A DNA stretch of 64,000 nucleotides, from NCBI GenBank assembly GCA_045124995.1, contig JBGVMY010000005.1, positions 517 to 64,516 on the forward strand, read 5' to 3'. Positions 55,662 to 64,000 of this stretch are shown here, one piece after another. Positions within the stretch are counted from its first letter, which is position 1. The number at the start of each line of letters is the position of its first letter. The translations under genes and the position numbers were made by a program. Source of the stretch: Paludibacteraceae bacterium (GTDB lineage Bacteria > Bacteroidota > Bacteroidia > Bacteroidales > Paludibacteraceae). The notes below the pieces were generated by a model that did no database searches, had not been told where the DNA came from, and was given only the letters and a program-made list of their open reading frames with translations.

Positions 55662-56762
55662 CTAATGAGATTGTGTGATGATTTTAGCTGCATTTTTTGG
55701 TGCAGGTTCTAAACCCAAAATATACTGAATAGTATGATATTCATTGATCATTTGTTCGCGATAATGGGTGTCGTTGATTAATCGTCTGAGTTCATGTTCA
55801 ATATTTGTCTGTGTGAAACGCTGACCTACCAATTCTTGTATGACTTCTTTGTTTGGAATGATGTTGACAAGTGTAAAGTGCTTGATGTTGAACATAATAG
55901 GCTTTAATAGCCATTCAAGATATCTGCTACCCGCTACGTAGTAAACAGCTGTCTGTGGACATCCAATTAGAGCCGTTTCCAAGGTGGCTGTACCCGAATT
56001 GACCACAGCTGCCTTGGCTTGTGCGACTGCCATATAAGTATCGCGCGTAAGTTGTTCGTTGGGTTGCAAAAAAGATTGATAAAACGAATCTTTTATACCT
56101 GGTGCAGCAGTCACTACTATTTGATATTGTTTTCCTGCTACATTCCGTGCCGCTTTTAACATCACAGGTAGGCAGTGACTAATTTCGCTAGGGCGAGAGC
56201 CAGGCAGGAGCGCAATAGTGGGTGTAAGGTTTGGAGTGTAGGAGGAGTTAAAACTGCGGATACAATCTGCTGTCGGATTACCGACGTAGTGGCACTTATA
56301 GCCAAATTTAGCATAGAAATCGGGTTCGAAAGGGAAAATACCCAATATTTCGTCGCAGTATTTTGCGATAGAATGTACGCGCCATTTTTTCCATGCCCAA
56401 ATCTTAGGTGGAATATAATACACCACGCGTGTTTTGGGCAAATGCTGTTTGCAGAACTTTGCCATCTTTAGGTTGAATGATGGATAGTCTATCAAAATCA
56501 ACACATCGGGCTCTTGTTCTAATAGTGCCTCTTTTGCGATACGAAAGTTACGTTTAACCTTATCTAGATTTTGCAGTACTGCCACAAAACCCATATATGC
56601 CATATCGCGATAATCAACACGAATATCGCATTCCTCTGCACGCATCTTGTCGCCGCCTAATCCTACGAACGATGCTTGCGAATCTTCTACTCGCAATGCT
56701 TTTATGAGATTGGAAGCATGCAAATCTCCTGACGCTTCACCGGCTATGAGAAAATAGTTCAT
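55662..56762 (-). CDS. lpxB: lipid-A-disaccharide synthase
   Basis: N-terminal ..IAGEASGDLH.. and the LpxB family pattern. Confidence 0.92.
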   Translation of the reverse strand: MNYFLIAGEASGDLHASNLIKALRVEDSQASFVGLGGDKMRAEECDIRVDYRDMAYMGFVAVLQNLDKVKRNFRIAKEALLEQEPDVLILIDYPSFNLKMAKFCKQHLPKTRVVYYIPPKIWAWKKWRVHSIAKYCDEILGIFPFEPDFYAKFGYKCHYVGNPTADCIRSFNSSYTPNLTPTIALLPGSRPSEISHCLPVMLKAARNVAGKQYQIVVTAAPGIKDSFYQSFLQPNEQLTRDTYMAVAQAKAAVVNSGTATLETALIGCPQTAVYYVAGSRYLEWLLKPIMFNIKHFTLVNIIPNKEVIQELVGQRFTQTNIEHELRRLINDTHYREQMINEYHTIQYILGLEPAPKNAAKIITQSH

Positions 56763-56788
56763 ATTTCTCTTGTTTTGTATTCAGAGGA

Positions 56789-57022
56789 TTACGCCATTAG
56801 GGCAATGCTGGCAATGAGATAGGGTAGTGCGCCCAGCAACACTCCTTTAGCTAAACGCCATACTTCGAGAGTATAGAATACAAAAAGGAGTGCTAGATTG
56901 GGAAATATCCCCACTTGCAAAATTTTGCCGAGTATATTGCCCATCAAATCTATATCGAACGCCTCAAATGTGTACCACAAATTGAAGCGCTCAACATATA
57001 CATATCCTACTAAAGCAGGCAA
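56789..57022 (-). CDS. small hydrophobic membrane protein (start uncertain)
   Basis: The only canonical start is TTG at 57020-57022. The frame stays open and hydrophobic (..KYWIGILLGLI..) for 20 more codons upstream, with no ATG, GTG or TTG. Confidence 0.45.
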   Translation of the reverse strand: MPALVGYVYVERFNLWYTFEAFDIDLMGNILGKILQVGIFPNLALLFVFYTLEVWRLAKGVLLGALPYLIASIALMA

Positions 57023-57056
57023 TATTAAGCCGAGTAGGATGCCAATCCAATATTTA

Positions 57057-57815
57057 TCAAATCTCTGCGTAAGCGGTTTGATCTATTGTACATGGATGCA
57101 CACTGACATAGTGGTTGTTCATTGCCCAAATGTCGGTGTCCTCCACTTCGGGTTCGATATTTACAAATTCTCCTGTCAACCAATAGTACTTCTCACCATT
57201 CTCATCTATACGCTCTTCCATCTCTTTTTGCCAGAATCCGCGGCATTGGCGTGTCCAACGCACCCCCTCTAGTGCCCCCACTGGCGCATTGATGTTGTAG
57301 CAAACACCATAAGGTATGCCTTCATCGATGAGATGGAGGGTGAGTTCAAGGATATAAGGTTCAAAATAACTAAAGTCGGCATCTGGATTATGATCGTCAA
57401 TGGAATAACCGATGGATGGAATAGCATGTTCTGCGCCCACAAATACAGCTCCCATAGTGCCCGAGTAGATGACATTAATGGCCGCATTTGAGCCATGGTT
57501 GATACCACTGGCAAGCAGATTGATGCGTGTAGGATCGCCTTCGAACAACACGTCTAATGCCAGTTTTACGCAGTCGCTAGGTGTTCCGTTGGTAGTATAG
57601 ACTGTAGCATTTTTGTGCCACTCTTCTGTGCCCCAATTAGGATCGTCGAGTAGACGAAGATACATGGGTTGTTGTACGCTGATGGCATTGCTCATGCCGC
57701 TTCGTGGCCCATCTGGGGCAACGACTGTCACGTGCCCCAGTTGGGTCAAGATGCGTACGAGTGTGAGGATGCCTTTTGCTCCCCAACCATCATCGTTGGT
57801 AATGAGAATCTCCAT
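57057..57815 (-). CDS. surE: 5'/3'-nucleotidase SurE
   Basis: MEILITNDDGWGAKG.. N-terminus and ..NHGSN... The ATG overlaps the glmM stop by 1 nt (TAATG). Confidence 0.92.
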   Translation of the reverse strand: MEILITNDDGWGAKGILTLVRILTQLGHVTVVAPDGPRSGMSNAISVQQPMYLRLLDDPNWGTEEWHKNATVYTTNGTPSDCVKLALDVLFEGDPTRINLLASGINHGSNAAINVIYSGTMGAVFVGAEHAIPSIGYSIDDHNPDADFSYFEPYILELTLHLIDEGIPYGVCYNINAPVGALEGVRWTRQCRGFWQKEMEERIDENGEKYYWLTGEFVNIEPEVEDTDIWAMNNHYVSVHPCTIDQTAYAEI

Positions 57816-59197
57816 TAGCCTACTACAGCCCAAACGACGTCAATCACTTTCTTAGCCAACTCGTCAGCCTCCTCCATGGTTGCAGCCTCAGAGTAAACGC
57901 GGATGATAGGCTCGGTGTTGGATTTGCGGAGGTGTACCCAACCGTCAGCGAAGTCGATCTTCACACCGTCGCGGTCGTTGATACGCTCACCTGCAAATTT
58001 GCCTTTTACAGCCTCCAATACCTTGTCTACGTCGATTTCTGGAGTGAGATCGATGCGGTTCTTAGAGATGCAATAGTCTGGGAATGTAGCGCGGAGCTCG
58101 CTTACCTTGCAGCCCTTTTGTGCTAAACTGCTGAGGAAGAGTGCGATACCTACCAATGCGTCGCGACCATAGTGGCTTGCTGGATAGATCACACCACCGT
58201 TACCTTCACCACCAATCACAGCATTGGTGCGCTTCATTTCTGTAGTCACATTCACCTCACCTACAGCACTTGCGCTATATGAGCCACCATGTTTTACTGT
58301 CACGTCGCTGAGTGCGCGTGTAGAAGACATATTGCTAACGGTATTACCTGGAGTCTTGCTGAGTACGTAGTCTGCTACAGAAACGAGTGTGTACTCCTCG
58401 CCAAACATCTCACCGTCCTCGCAGATGATTGCCAAGCGATCCACGTCAGGATCCACTACGAAACCTACATCTGCCTTGCCCTCGCGCATGAGGTCAGAGA
58501 TTTGTGTTAAGTTTTGTGGGATTGGCTCTGGGTTGTGTGCAAAATGACCTGTTGGCTCGCAGTTGAGCTCAATGATATTCTTCACACCCAATGCACGAAG
58601 AATAGCTGGGATAGCTACACCACCGATTGAGTTCACACAGTCGATAGCCACGGTATAATTCTTAGCCTCGATAGCTGCTTTGTCCACCAATTCGAGTGCC
58701 ATCACGTCGCGCACGTGGTCTGGCAAGTAATCGCGATGGGTCATCTTTCCGAGGTCATCTACTTCAGCGAAATTGAAGTCCTCTGCCTCAGCTATAGCCA
58801 ATACCTCTTTACCCTCTTGATCATTGAGGAATTCACCTTTCTCGTTGAGGAGTTTGAGGGCGTTCCATTGTTTTGGATTGTGGCTTGCAGTGAGGATGAT
58901 ACCACCAGCTGCTTTCAGACCTGTCACTGCCAACTCGGTAGTTGGAGTGGTAGCCAAACCGATGTTGATCACATCATAGCCCATACCAATCAAGGTGCCG
59001 CATACCAATTGGTCCACCATCTCGCCACTCAAGCGAGCGTCGCGACCTACTACGATTGTCTTGTTGTCTGGAATCATTGCCTTACGTTGAGTAGCGTAAG
59101 CTGCGGTGAAACGCACAACATCCACTGGGCTCAAGCCCTCTGCAACGCGACCACCGATGGTGCCGCGAATGCCTGAAATACTTTTTACAAGTGCCAT
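57815..59197 (-). CDS. glmM: phosphoglucosamine mutase
   Basis: Phosphoserine loop ..TASHNP.. and the four-domain alpha-D-phosphohexomutase pattern. Confidence 0.9.
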   Translation of the reverse strand: MALVKSISGIRGTIGGRVAEGLSPVDVVRFTAAYATQRKAMIPDNKTIVVGRDARLSGEMVDQLVCGTLIGMGYDVINIGLATTPTTELAVTGLKAAGGIILTASHNPKQWNALKLLNEKGEFLNDQEGKEVLAIAEAEDFNFAEVDDLGKMTHRDYLPDHVRDVMALELVDKAAIEAKNYTVAIDCVNSIGGVAIPAILRALGVKNIIELNCEPTGHFAHNPEPIPQNLTQISDLMREGKADVGFVVDPDVDRLAIICEDGEMFGEEYTLVSVADYVLSKTPGNTVSNMSSTRALSDVTVKHGGSYSASAVGEVNVTTEMKRTNAVIGGEGNGGVIYPASHYGRDALVGIALFLSSLAQKGCKVSELRATFPDYCISKNRIDLTPEIDVDKVLEAVKGKFAGERINDRDGVKIDFADGWVHLRKSNTEPIIRVYSEAATMEEADELAKKVIDVVWAVVG

Positions 59198-59201
59198 AAT
59201 A

Positions 59202-59738
59202 TTAGAAACGTTTAATTTTAATTTTCATATCATATCCATAAGGAATTACACTACTATTTTGATCCGAGAAACCTAGTTTACTTGGGCAGATGATCTTGCA
59301 TTCTGCATCAGAGTGCTTCATATACTGCAATGCGATTTGCCAGCCCGTGCAGGATGAACTAGACGAAACCATATATTGCAACTCCACGGGATTGGGGTTA
59401 TCTAATGTGGTCCAATTAGAGATGGTATCAGCATATGCCTCCAATGTGTATTGTCGATAGCGCAACAATACTTTGTCTTTAGCTTCCAACTCTGCAGAAG
59501 CTGTATCGCCGGGATTTACTAGATGGAAATAATAATTGTCATAATCAGGCAATTTCCAATACACATTTTCTTTCCATTCTGTAGGTTCTTCTGTAACAAC
59601 TTGAATACCTTGACGTTGTATGAAATTCTCAATGAGTTTTTGTTCCTCTTTGAGATCGTCAGAATAGGTGTTGTTGTTACATCCTACTAGGATAAATACA
59701 ATGCTCAATAAAAGAGCGGAGAGACTTATTTTTTTCAT
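59202..59738 (-). CDS. lipoprotein of unknown function (possibly DUF4827-like)
   Basis: Lipobox ..FILVGC-NNN at the internal ATG. It overlaps the upstream stop (ATGA). Confidence 0.7.
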   Translation of the reverse strand: MKKISLSALLLSIVFILVGCNNNTYSDDLKEEQKLIENFIQRQGIQVVTEEPTEWKENVYWKLPDYDNYYFHLVNPGDTASAELEAKDKVLLRYRQYTLEAYADTISNWTTLDNPNPVELQYMVSSSSSCTGWQIALQYMKHSDAECKIICPSKLGFSDQNSSVIPYGYDMKIKIKRF

Positions 59739-60256
59739 TCTTCGATAGTTGTCAATGTTATTATTAAGTTCGAATATGGTTTTATCAACGATGTTCCTTC
59801 TGCTCCGTAGGCGGTGTACCATGGGGCTATGATGCGCATTTCTTCGCCGAGTCCCATTTGCCTTAGGCTACGATTGATGGCGATGGGCAAATCACTTGAA
59901 CCGATAGCAAAGTAGTCCTCTATATCTGCCAGTAGTTCGCCATTTAATTCGCATATCTGTATGTGCGTCAGTACTTTATCGCCTTTTTGCAATGTGTCTT
60001 TGTATAGGTTTTTAGTTTTAGTATACCAAAAGCCAAATTCGTCAATTGCATATGTCAGTGAGTCGTTTTGTGTCCAGCTGCTACATTCTCTGTCTGCGGC
60101 ACTAGCCATTTGCATGTTGAATGTCATTTGTGCCATTAGGGCTGAATCGGGCTCCTGTTTCTCGCTCAAGCGATGTACCTTTTGTGGCTGTTGGGTGCAA
60201 CTCACCAATGCATAACTCATAACCAACAACCAATAGCCAATAACTTTTTGCATCAT
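59735..60256 (-). CDS. lipoprotein with degenerate FKBP-type PPIase-like domain (GldI-like)
   Basis: Lipobox ..YALVSC-TQQ. The C-terminal ..GDKV..ELNGELL..G....P.......MG.GE..RIIAPW..AYG.. pattern resembles FKBP domains. Confidence 0.55.
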   Translation of the reverse strand: MMQKVIGYWLLVMSYALVSCTQQPQKVHRLSEKQEPDSALMAQMTFNMQMASAADRECSSWTQNDSLTYAIDEFGFWYTKTKNLYKDTLQKGDKVLTHIQICELNGELLADIEDYFAIGSSDLPIAINRSLRQMGLGEEMRIIAPWYTAYGAEGTSLIKPYSNLIITLTTIEE

Positions 60257-61128
60257 TTTGCAATACGAATCAAGTATTGTCCGTAAGATGTTTTTTCCAT
60301 TTCTTTACCTAGCGCACGGAGGTCATCTGTACTGATCCAACCATTACGCCATGCAATCTCTTCGATGCAACTCACATAGAATCCTTGACGATTTTGGATA
60401 GTTGCGATAAAGTTGCCTGCGTCCAGCAAACTATCGCAATTACCTGTGTCTAACCACGCGAAACCGCGCTCAAACAATTTGACCTGTAGTTTGCCTTCTT
60501 GTAGATAAACTTTGTTCAGATCAGTGATTTCATACTCGCCGCGCGCACTAGGCTCCAATAGTGCTGCTTTGTCGCAAACAGTTGAGTCATAGAAGTATAA
60601 ACCTGGAATAGCATAGTTGCTCTTAGGCACTTTTGGTTTCTCTTCGAGCGACAACACCTTGCCTGTCTCATCAAATTCCACTACGCCATATGCGGTTGGG
60701 TCTTGTACTTCATAACCGAAGATACATGCACCATAATTGCCACTTTCTACTTGGTGTACTGCATCGCGCAACATCTGACCGAAGTGTTGACCATAGAACA
60801 TATTATCGCCCAAAATCAAGCATCCTGGTTCACCGTTCAAAAACTCTTTGCCAAGTACAAACGCTTGTGCCAAACCATTAGGCACATACTGTATTTTATA
60901 CTCAAAATGCATGCCGATACGGCTACCGTCGCCCAAAAGTTCCTCAAACATTGGCAAATCGCGTGGAGTTGAGATGATCAACACTTCGCGAATACCGGCC
61001 TTCATCAGTGCAGACAATGGATAGTAAATCATTGGTTTGTCATACACAGGCATGATTTGTTTGCTGATGGCTTTGCTCAGCGGATACAATCGGGTGGCGC
61101 TACCGCCTGCCAAAATAATACCTTTCAT
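60253..61128 (-). CDS. rfbA: glucose-1-phosphate thymidylyltransferase
   Basis: MKGIILAGGSATRLYPL... The ATG at 61128 is preferred over 61140, because 61140 would be almost leaderless relative to the promoter. Confidence 0.93.
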   Translation of the reverse strand: MKGIILAGGSATRLYPLSKAISKQIMPVYDKPMIYYPLSALMKAGIREVLIISTPRDLPMFEELLGDGSRIGMHFEYKIQYVPNGLAQAFVLGKEFLNGEPGCLILGDNMFYGQHFGQMLRDAVHQVESGNYGACIFGYEVQDPTAYGVVEFDETGKVLSLEEKPKVPKSNYAIPGLYFYDSTVCDKAALLEPSARGEYEITDLNKVYLQEGKLQVKLFERGFAWLDTGNCDSLLDAGNFIATIQNRQGFYVSCIEEIAWRNGWISTDDLRALGKEMEKTSYGQYLIRIAK

Positions 61129-61148
61129 ATTTTTACACATTTAGCGCA

Positions 61149-61179
61149 CAAAGGTACAACAAAAAATGCACATTTGCAA
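61149..61179 (-). promoter_or_regulatory. promoter for the rfbA..PTP operon
   Basis: The minus strand reads CTTGCAAATGTG, a 20-nt spacer, then TAccTTTG. Confidence 0.65.
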
Positions 61180-61226
61180 GAAAATTGCGCGAAAGTTTAC
61201 TTTCAAGTGCAATTTTCTTGCAAATG
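61171..61226 (-). terminator. large hairpin downstream of ridA that embeds the rfbA -33
   Basis: Perfect 18-bp arms CATTTGCAAGAAAATTGC (61171-61188) and GCAATTTTCTTGCAAATG (61209-61226), plus an inner 6-bp stem GAAAGT/ACTTTC. A T-run follows on the minus strand. Confidence 0.6.
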
Positions 61227-61257
61227 GGTTGCATAAAGCGTCTGTAGCTTCTGGGGG

Positions 61258-61635
61258 TTATAATACTGCGATCACTTCTATTTCCACCAAACCGCCTTTG
61301 GGCAATGCTGCTACGGCTACTGCCGAACGTGCAGGGAATGGTGCTTCGAACAACGTAGAATACACCTCGTTCAATACTGCAAAGTTTGCCATGTCAGTCA
61401 AGAATACTGTTGTTTTGATCACATGGCTTGCGTCTGTATTTGCTGCTTTCAAGATTGCTGCCACATTCTTTACGGCTTGCTCTGCTTGACTGCGAAAGTC
61501 CTCGCCAGCGAACTCGCCAGTTGCGGGATTAATGCCCAATTGTCCACTTGCAAACAACATTCCGTTCGCGATAACTGCCTGACTATAAGCACCAATAGCA
61601 GCAGGTGCTTCTTGTGTTGAAATAATCTCTTTCAT
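61258..61635 (-). CDS. ridA: RidA family reactive-intermediate deaminase
   Basis: ..APAAIGAYSQA.. and ..RSAVAVAALPKG..VEIE.. motifs. The start is probably MKEII.., with an alternative at 61650. Confidence 0.9.
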   Translation of the reverse strand: MKEIISTQEAPAAIGAYSQAVIANGMLFASGQLGINPATGEFAGEDFRSQAEQAVKNVAAILKAANTDASHVIKTTVFLTDMANFAVLNEVYSTLFEAPFPARSAVAVAALPKGGLVEIEVIAVL

Positions 61636-61655
61636 ATTGTGATTTATCATTTAGT

Positions 61656-63437
61656 TCATTCTACTGTTACGGGCAATACGCCTACTGCTTCAATCTCGCC
61701 TGTCAGTACTTTGGCTGCGGCTTTTTGGTTGCTTTCGCTATCTTTGTATGCCACCAGCACGCCTCCTAGGTTGTTTAGCCATGGCAGGTTGCTCAAACCA
61801 TAAGGGCTGCCATAGTGCACCAATATTGGTTGGTATTTCTTTACCAAACTTTCCATTGCTTTCACGTGATCTTCTGCGATCAAGTCTTTGCGAGAGCGTC
61901 CGCGAGGGTCGTGGCATGCTAAAATCACAGCATCATATTCTTTCAATTGTTTCTCAACCAATGCAATCTCTTTTGCATTACTTTTCTTGTCAAGGGCAAA
62001 ATAGTGCACTTCGCCGTTGCCACCTGCCAATTTTCCATTTTTCAGTAGGTGTTGGTACATGAGTGTAGTAGAATCCACCATTCCAGTTTCTGGATTATAG
62101 CCAGAAAGTCCTTCGATGTCGCCATACTCGCGATGCATAGGAATATGTTTGGCGTTGTATGCTACGTACGCAATTTTTTTGGTCATATCTAGAGGTACGA
62201 TTCCTAACTTATTGTCCATCAATGTCATACTTTGATCGGCCATTTCTTGAACCAATGCCATATGTTCTGGTTTCTTTACGCGCTCTGCAATGCCTGTTGT
62301 GTCAACGATTGGGTTGTAGTTGCGTTCCAACATGCCAAACTTCGCTTTCATGCGCAAGGTTTTCTTTACACGCTCATCCAGGTCTGCTAAATCGCACTCG
62401 CCGCTATTCATTGCCTCTTCTAGGCGATCGATGGATGCGATGATGTCGCCTGGTTTTAGCAAGATATCCACACCTGCTTTGTATGCTGCCAACGCGATCT
62501 CAGCCGACTCCATGTTTTCGCTCACACCTTTCATGGTCAAAGCATCCGTAACAATCATTCCTTTGAATCCGAGTTCGTTCTTAAGTAACTCAGTTACAAT
62601 AGGATAAGATATTGATGAAACGGCGCTATCCAATGCTGGTATGTGCAAGTGACCCATCATGACCATCTCTACGCCATGCTTGATTTGGTCGCGGAATGGG
62701 AACAACTCCAGTGAGTCTAAACGCTCGCGACTAAATGGTAATACTGGCAATCCTTTGTGCGAATCCACTTCGGTGTCGCCGTGACCTGGAAAGTGTTTTG
62801 AGCATGCGATGATGCCGCCATCTTGCATGCCTTTCATGTAGGCACGACCATATTGGGTCACTTTGTCGCGATCTTCGCCAAACGAACGAGCATGAATCAC
62901 TGGGTTCTTCGGATTGACGTTGATATCTACCACAGGGGCATAGTTGATATGGATATTCACCATCTTGCATTGCTCGGCCACCGCCAAACCCATCTCGTAA
63001 ATCAGTGAGTCTGATGGCAATGCGCCCAATTGCATCTGTTGTGGGAAGAATGGGAACTCGCTAAAACGCATCGATGGGCCCCATTCACCGTCAATTGAAA
63101 CGATCAACGGAATTTTTGACATCTGTTGCAATTCGTTCATGCGATTTAGGTAGCGAGGCAGACTGTCTTGGATAACGAGCAAACCGCCAATACCTTCGAT
63201 GCCGACTAAGGTGTCTGTCATCAATGCATGTCCAGCGGAGAAGATATAGCTATCTGTTTGTGAAACGATCAGCTGAGCCACCTTTTCGCGTGTACTCATT
63301 TTCTTGAGTGTGCGCTCTACTTGACGCTCTATGCGGTTGGCTGCACGCTCTTCGCTCTTACCGAACCATACAACACTAAAGATAAACGTGAGCATCAGCA
63401 ATATGCTCAATGATTCTCGGATTGCTTTGTTTTTCAT
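61656..63437 (-). CDS. GH3 family glycoside hydrolase (beta-N-acetylhexosaminidase-like) with C-terminal domain
   Basis: Signal anchor and the GH3 N-terminal domain with ..KHFPGHGDT.. and ..GMIVTDAL... Confidence 0.85.
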   Translation of the reverse strand: MKNKAIRESLSILLMLTFIFSVVWFGKSEERAANRIERQVERTLKKMSTREKVAQLIVSQTDSYIFSAGHALMTDTLVGIEGIGGLLVIQDSLPRYLNRMNELQQMSKIPLIVSIDGEWGPSMRFSEFPFFPQQMQLGALPSDSLIYEMGLAVAEQCKMVNIHINYAPVVDINVNPKNPVIHARSFGEDRDKVTQYGRAYMKGMQDGGIIACSKHFPGHGDTEVDSHKGLPVLPFSRERLDSLELFPFRDQIKHGVEMVMMGHLHIPALDSAVSSISYPIVTELLKNELGFKGMIVTDALTMKGVSENMESAEIALAAYKAGVDILLKPGDIIASIDRLEEAMNSGECDLADLDERVKKTLRMKAKFGMLERNYNPIVDTTGIAERVKKPEHMALVQEMADQSMTLMDNKLGIVPLDMTKKIAYVAYNAKHIPMHREYGDIEGLSGYNPETGMVDSTTLMYQHLLKNGKLAGGNGEVHYFALDKKSNAKEIALVEKQLKEYDAVILACHDPRGRSRKDLIAEDHVKAMESLVKKYQPILVHYGSPYGLSNLPWLNNLGGVLVAYKDSESNQKAAAKVLTGEIEAVGVLPVTVE

Positions 63438-63487
63438 GATAATTTATGATTGTTTATTAAAATTACATACTTTTCCAATTTCGCATG

Positions 63488-63518
63488 CAAAGTTACTACA
63501 TTTTTTTCACTTGTGCAA
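63488..63518 (-). promoter_or_regulatory. promoter for GH3-ridA
   Basis: The minus strand reads TTTGCAC, a 20-nt spacer, then TAacTTTG. Confidence 0.65.
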
Positions 63519-63561
63519 ATATTTTTTGCATTTCCTCTTGTCGTTTCCCTGTCAATTAGCC

Positions 63562-63682
63562 GTTGATAGTCAGTGATTAGTTAGTGATTAGTTAGTGATT
63601 AGTTAGTTATTAGTTAGTGATTGGTTAGTGATTAATTAGTGATTGCCGATACTTTACCGATATTTTACCTAGTTCTTGCGGA
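63562..63682. repeat. 121-bp array of 11 consecutive 11-bp units, inverted homolog of 47938-48014
   Basis: GTTGATAGTCA GTGATTAGTTA (x3) GTTATTAGTTA GTGATTGGTTA GTGATTAATTA GTGATTGCCGA TACTTTACCGA TATTTTACCTA GTTCTTGCGGA. Confidence 0.9.
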
Positions 63683-63875
63683 CTTACGCGCGCGCGTACC
63701 TAGTATATAATATATAATGTGTACACGCACGCGCAAAATCCTTATAGATCGTGTCTGTTGGACATATAAGAATACTCCGATTCAACTGACTATAAAAAAC
63801 ATGAAAAATGCCACAATTGATAATCAGTCACTTATGTAGAAAGTGATGTTTTATAGCATTTTTCTTGCTTAAAAA

Positions 63876-63907
63876 TTTGGTCAGTTCAGAAAAAAGCAGT
63901 ACCTTTG
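63876..63907 (+). promoter_or_regulatory. strong promoter cassette at the window edge
   Basis: TTTGG (63876-63880), a 20-nt spacer, then TAccTTTG (63900-63907). The cassette (AAAAAAGCAGTACCTTTGCAGCC) is the same as for the tRNA genes. Confidence 0.6.
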
Positions 63908-63921
63908 CAGCCGATTTCGCA

Positions 63922-64000
63922 ATGAACGCAAGTGAGCGACTACTGACTGCGAAACTGCTAAAAAATGTAATGCTGAAAATCAGCCACTTACAAAGAAAAG
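63922..64000 (+). CDS. possible 5' end of a gene running off the window
   Basis: ATG at 63922 is open to the window end (MNASERLLTAKLLKNVMLKISHLQRK..). It could instead be the leader of a stable RNA. Confidence 0.25.
   Translation, partial: MNASERLLTAKLLKNVMLKISHLQRK

Noticed and set aside
61171-61226. Invertible-promoter (shufflon-like) switch suggested by the 18-bp perfect inverted repeats.
   Set aside because: The arms enclose only 20 bp, no recombinase gene is nearby, and the structure sits exactly where a ridA terminator is expected. I interpret it as a terminator overlapping the rfbA -33 element.

Overview
This looks like a chromosomal segment of a Bacteroidota genome, probably Bacteroidales and Prevotella-like. 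I infer that from the sequence only: TTG-N20-TAnnTTTG promoters in front of most operons, a fused SecDF, GldD, a T9SS-type C-terminal sorting domain, and A-rich leaders without Shine-Dalgarno sites. There are about 50 protein genes, nearly all housekeeping. They include ileS, sufB, secDF, clpP-clpX, a type I pullulanase, rpoD, trxA, a ClpC-type unfoldase and a porin-like outer-membrane protein. They also include a manC / debranching enzyme / GT4 / GH57 glycogen operon, gldD, a PcrB-like prenyltransferase, tadA, a 7TM-HD hydrolase, dusB, typA and tig. The rest are mpl, dCMP deaminase, Ctp protease, yihY, a split chromate transporter, udk, an ECF sigma pair, rsfS-ftsH-M16 peptidase, a long minus-strand operon (rfbA to a low-molecular-weight phosphatase, via glmM, surE and lpxB), ridA and a GH3 hydrolase. 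Four tRNAs are present: Leu-TAA, Cys-GCA, initiator Met-CAT and Arg-TCT. I saw no rRNA, CRISPR array, transposase or integrase. Two things deserve a second look. (1) The only clearly accessory stretch is an AT-rich five-gene island at about 19.9-26.3 kb. It encodes a membrane-tethered TPR/LuxR-type regulator, a DUF3244-like small secreted protein, two orphan lipoproteins and an M6 metalloprotease with a T9SS sorting domain. A GCTAACAA motif recurs five times around it, in one orientation and only in intergenic DNA. (2) Much of the intergenic DNA is built from degenerate tandem repeats with 7-bp or 11-bp periods. Two of these arrays are homologous to each other in inverted orientation. Several abut start codons, run into the 3' ends of genes, or lie in-frame inside ileS. 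All functional calls rest on motif and family recognition by eye. No database search or folding program was run.
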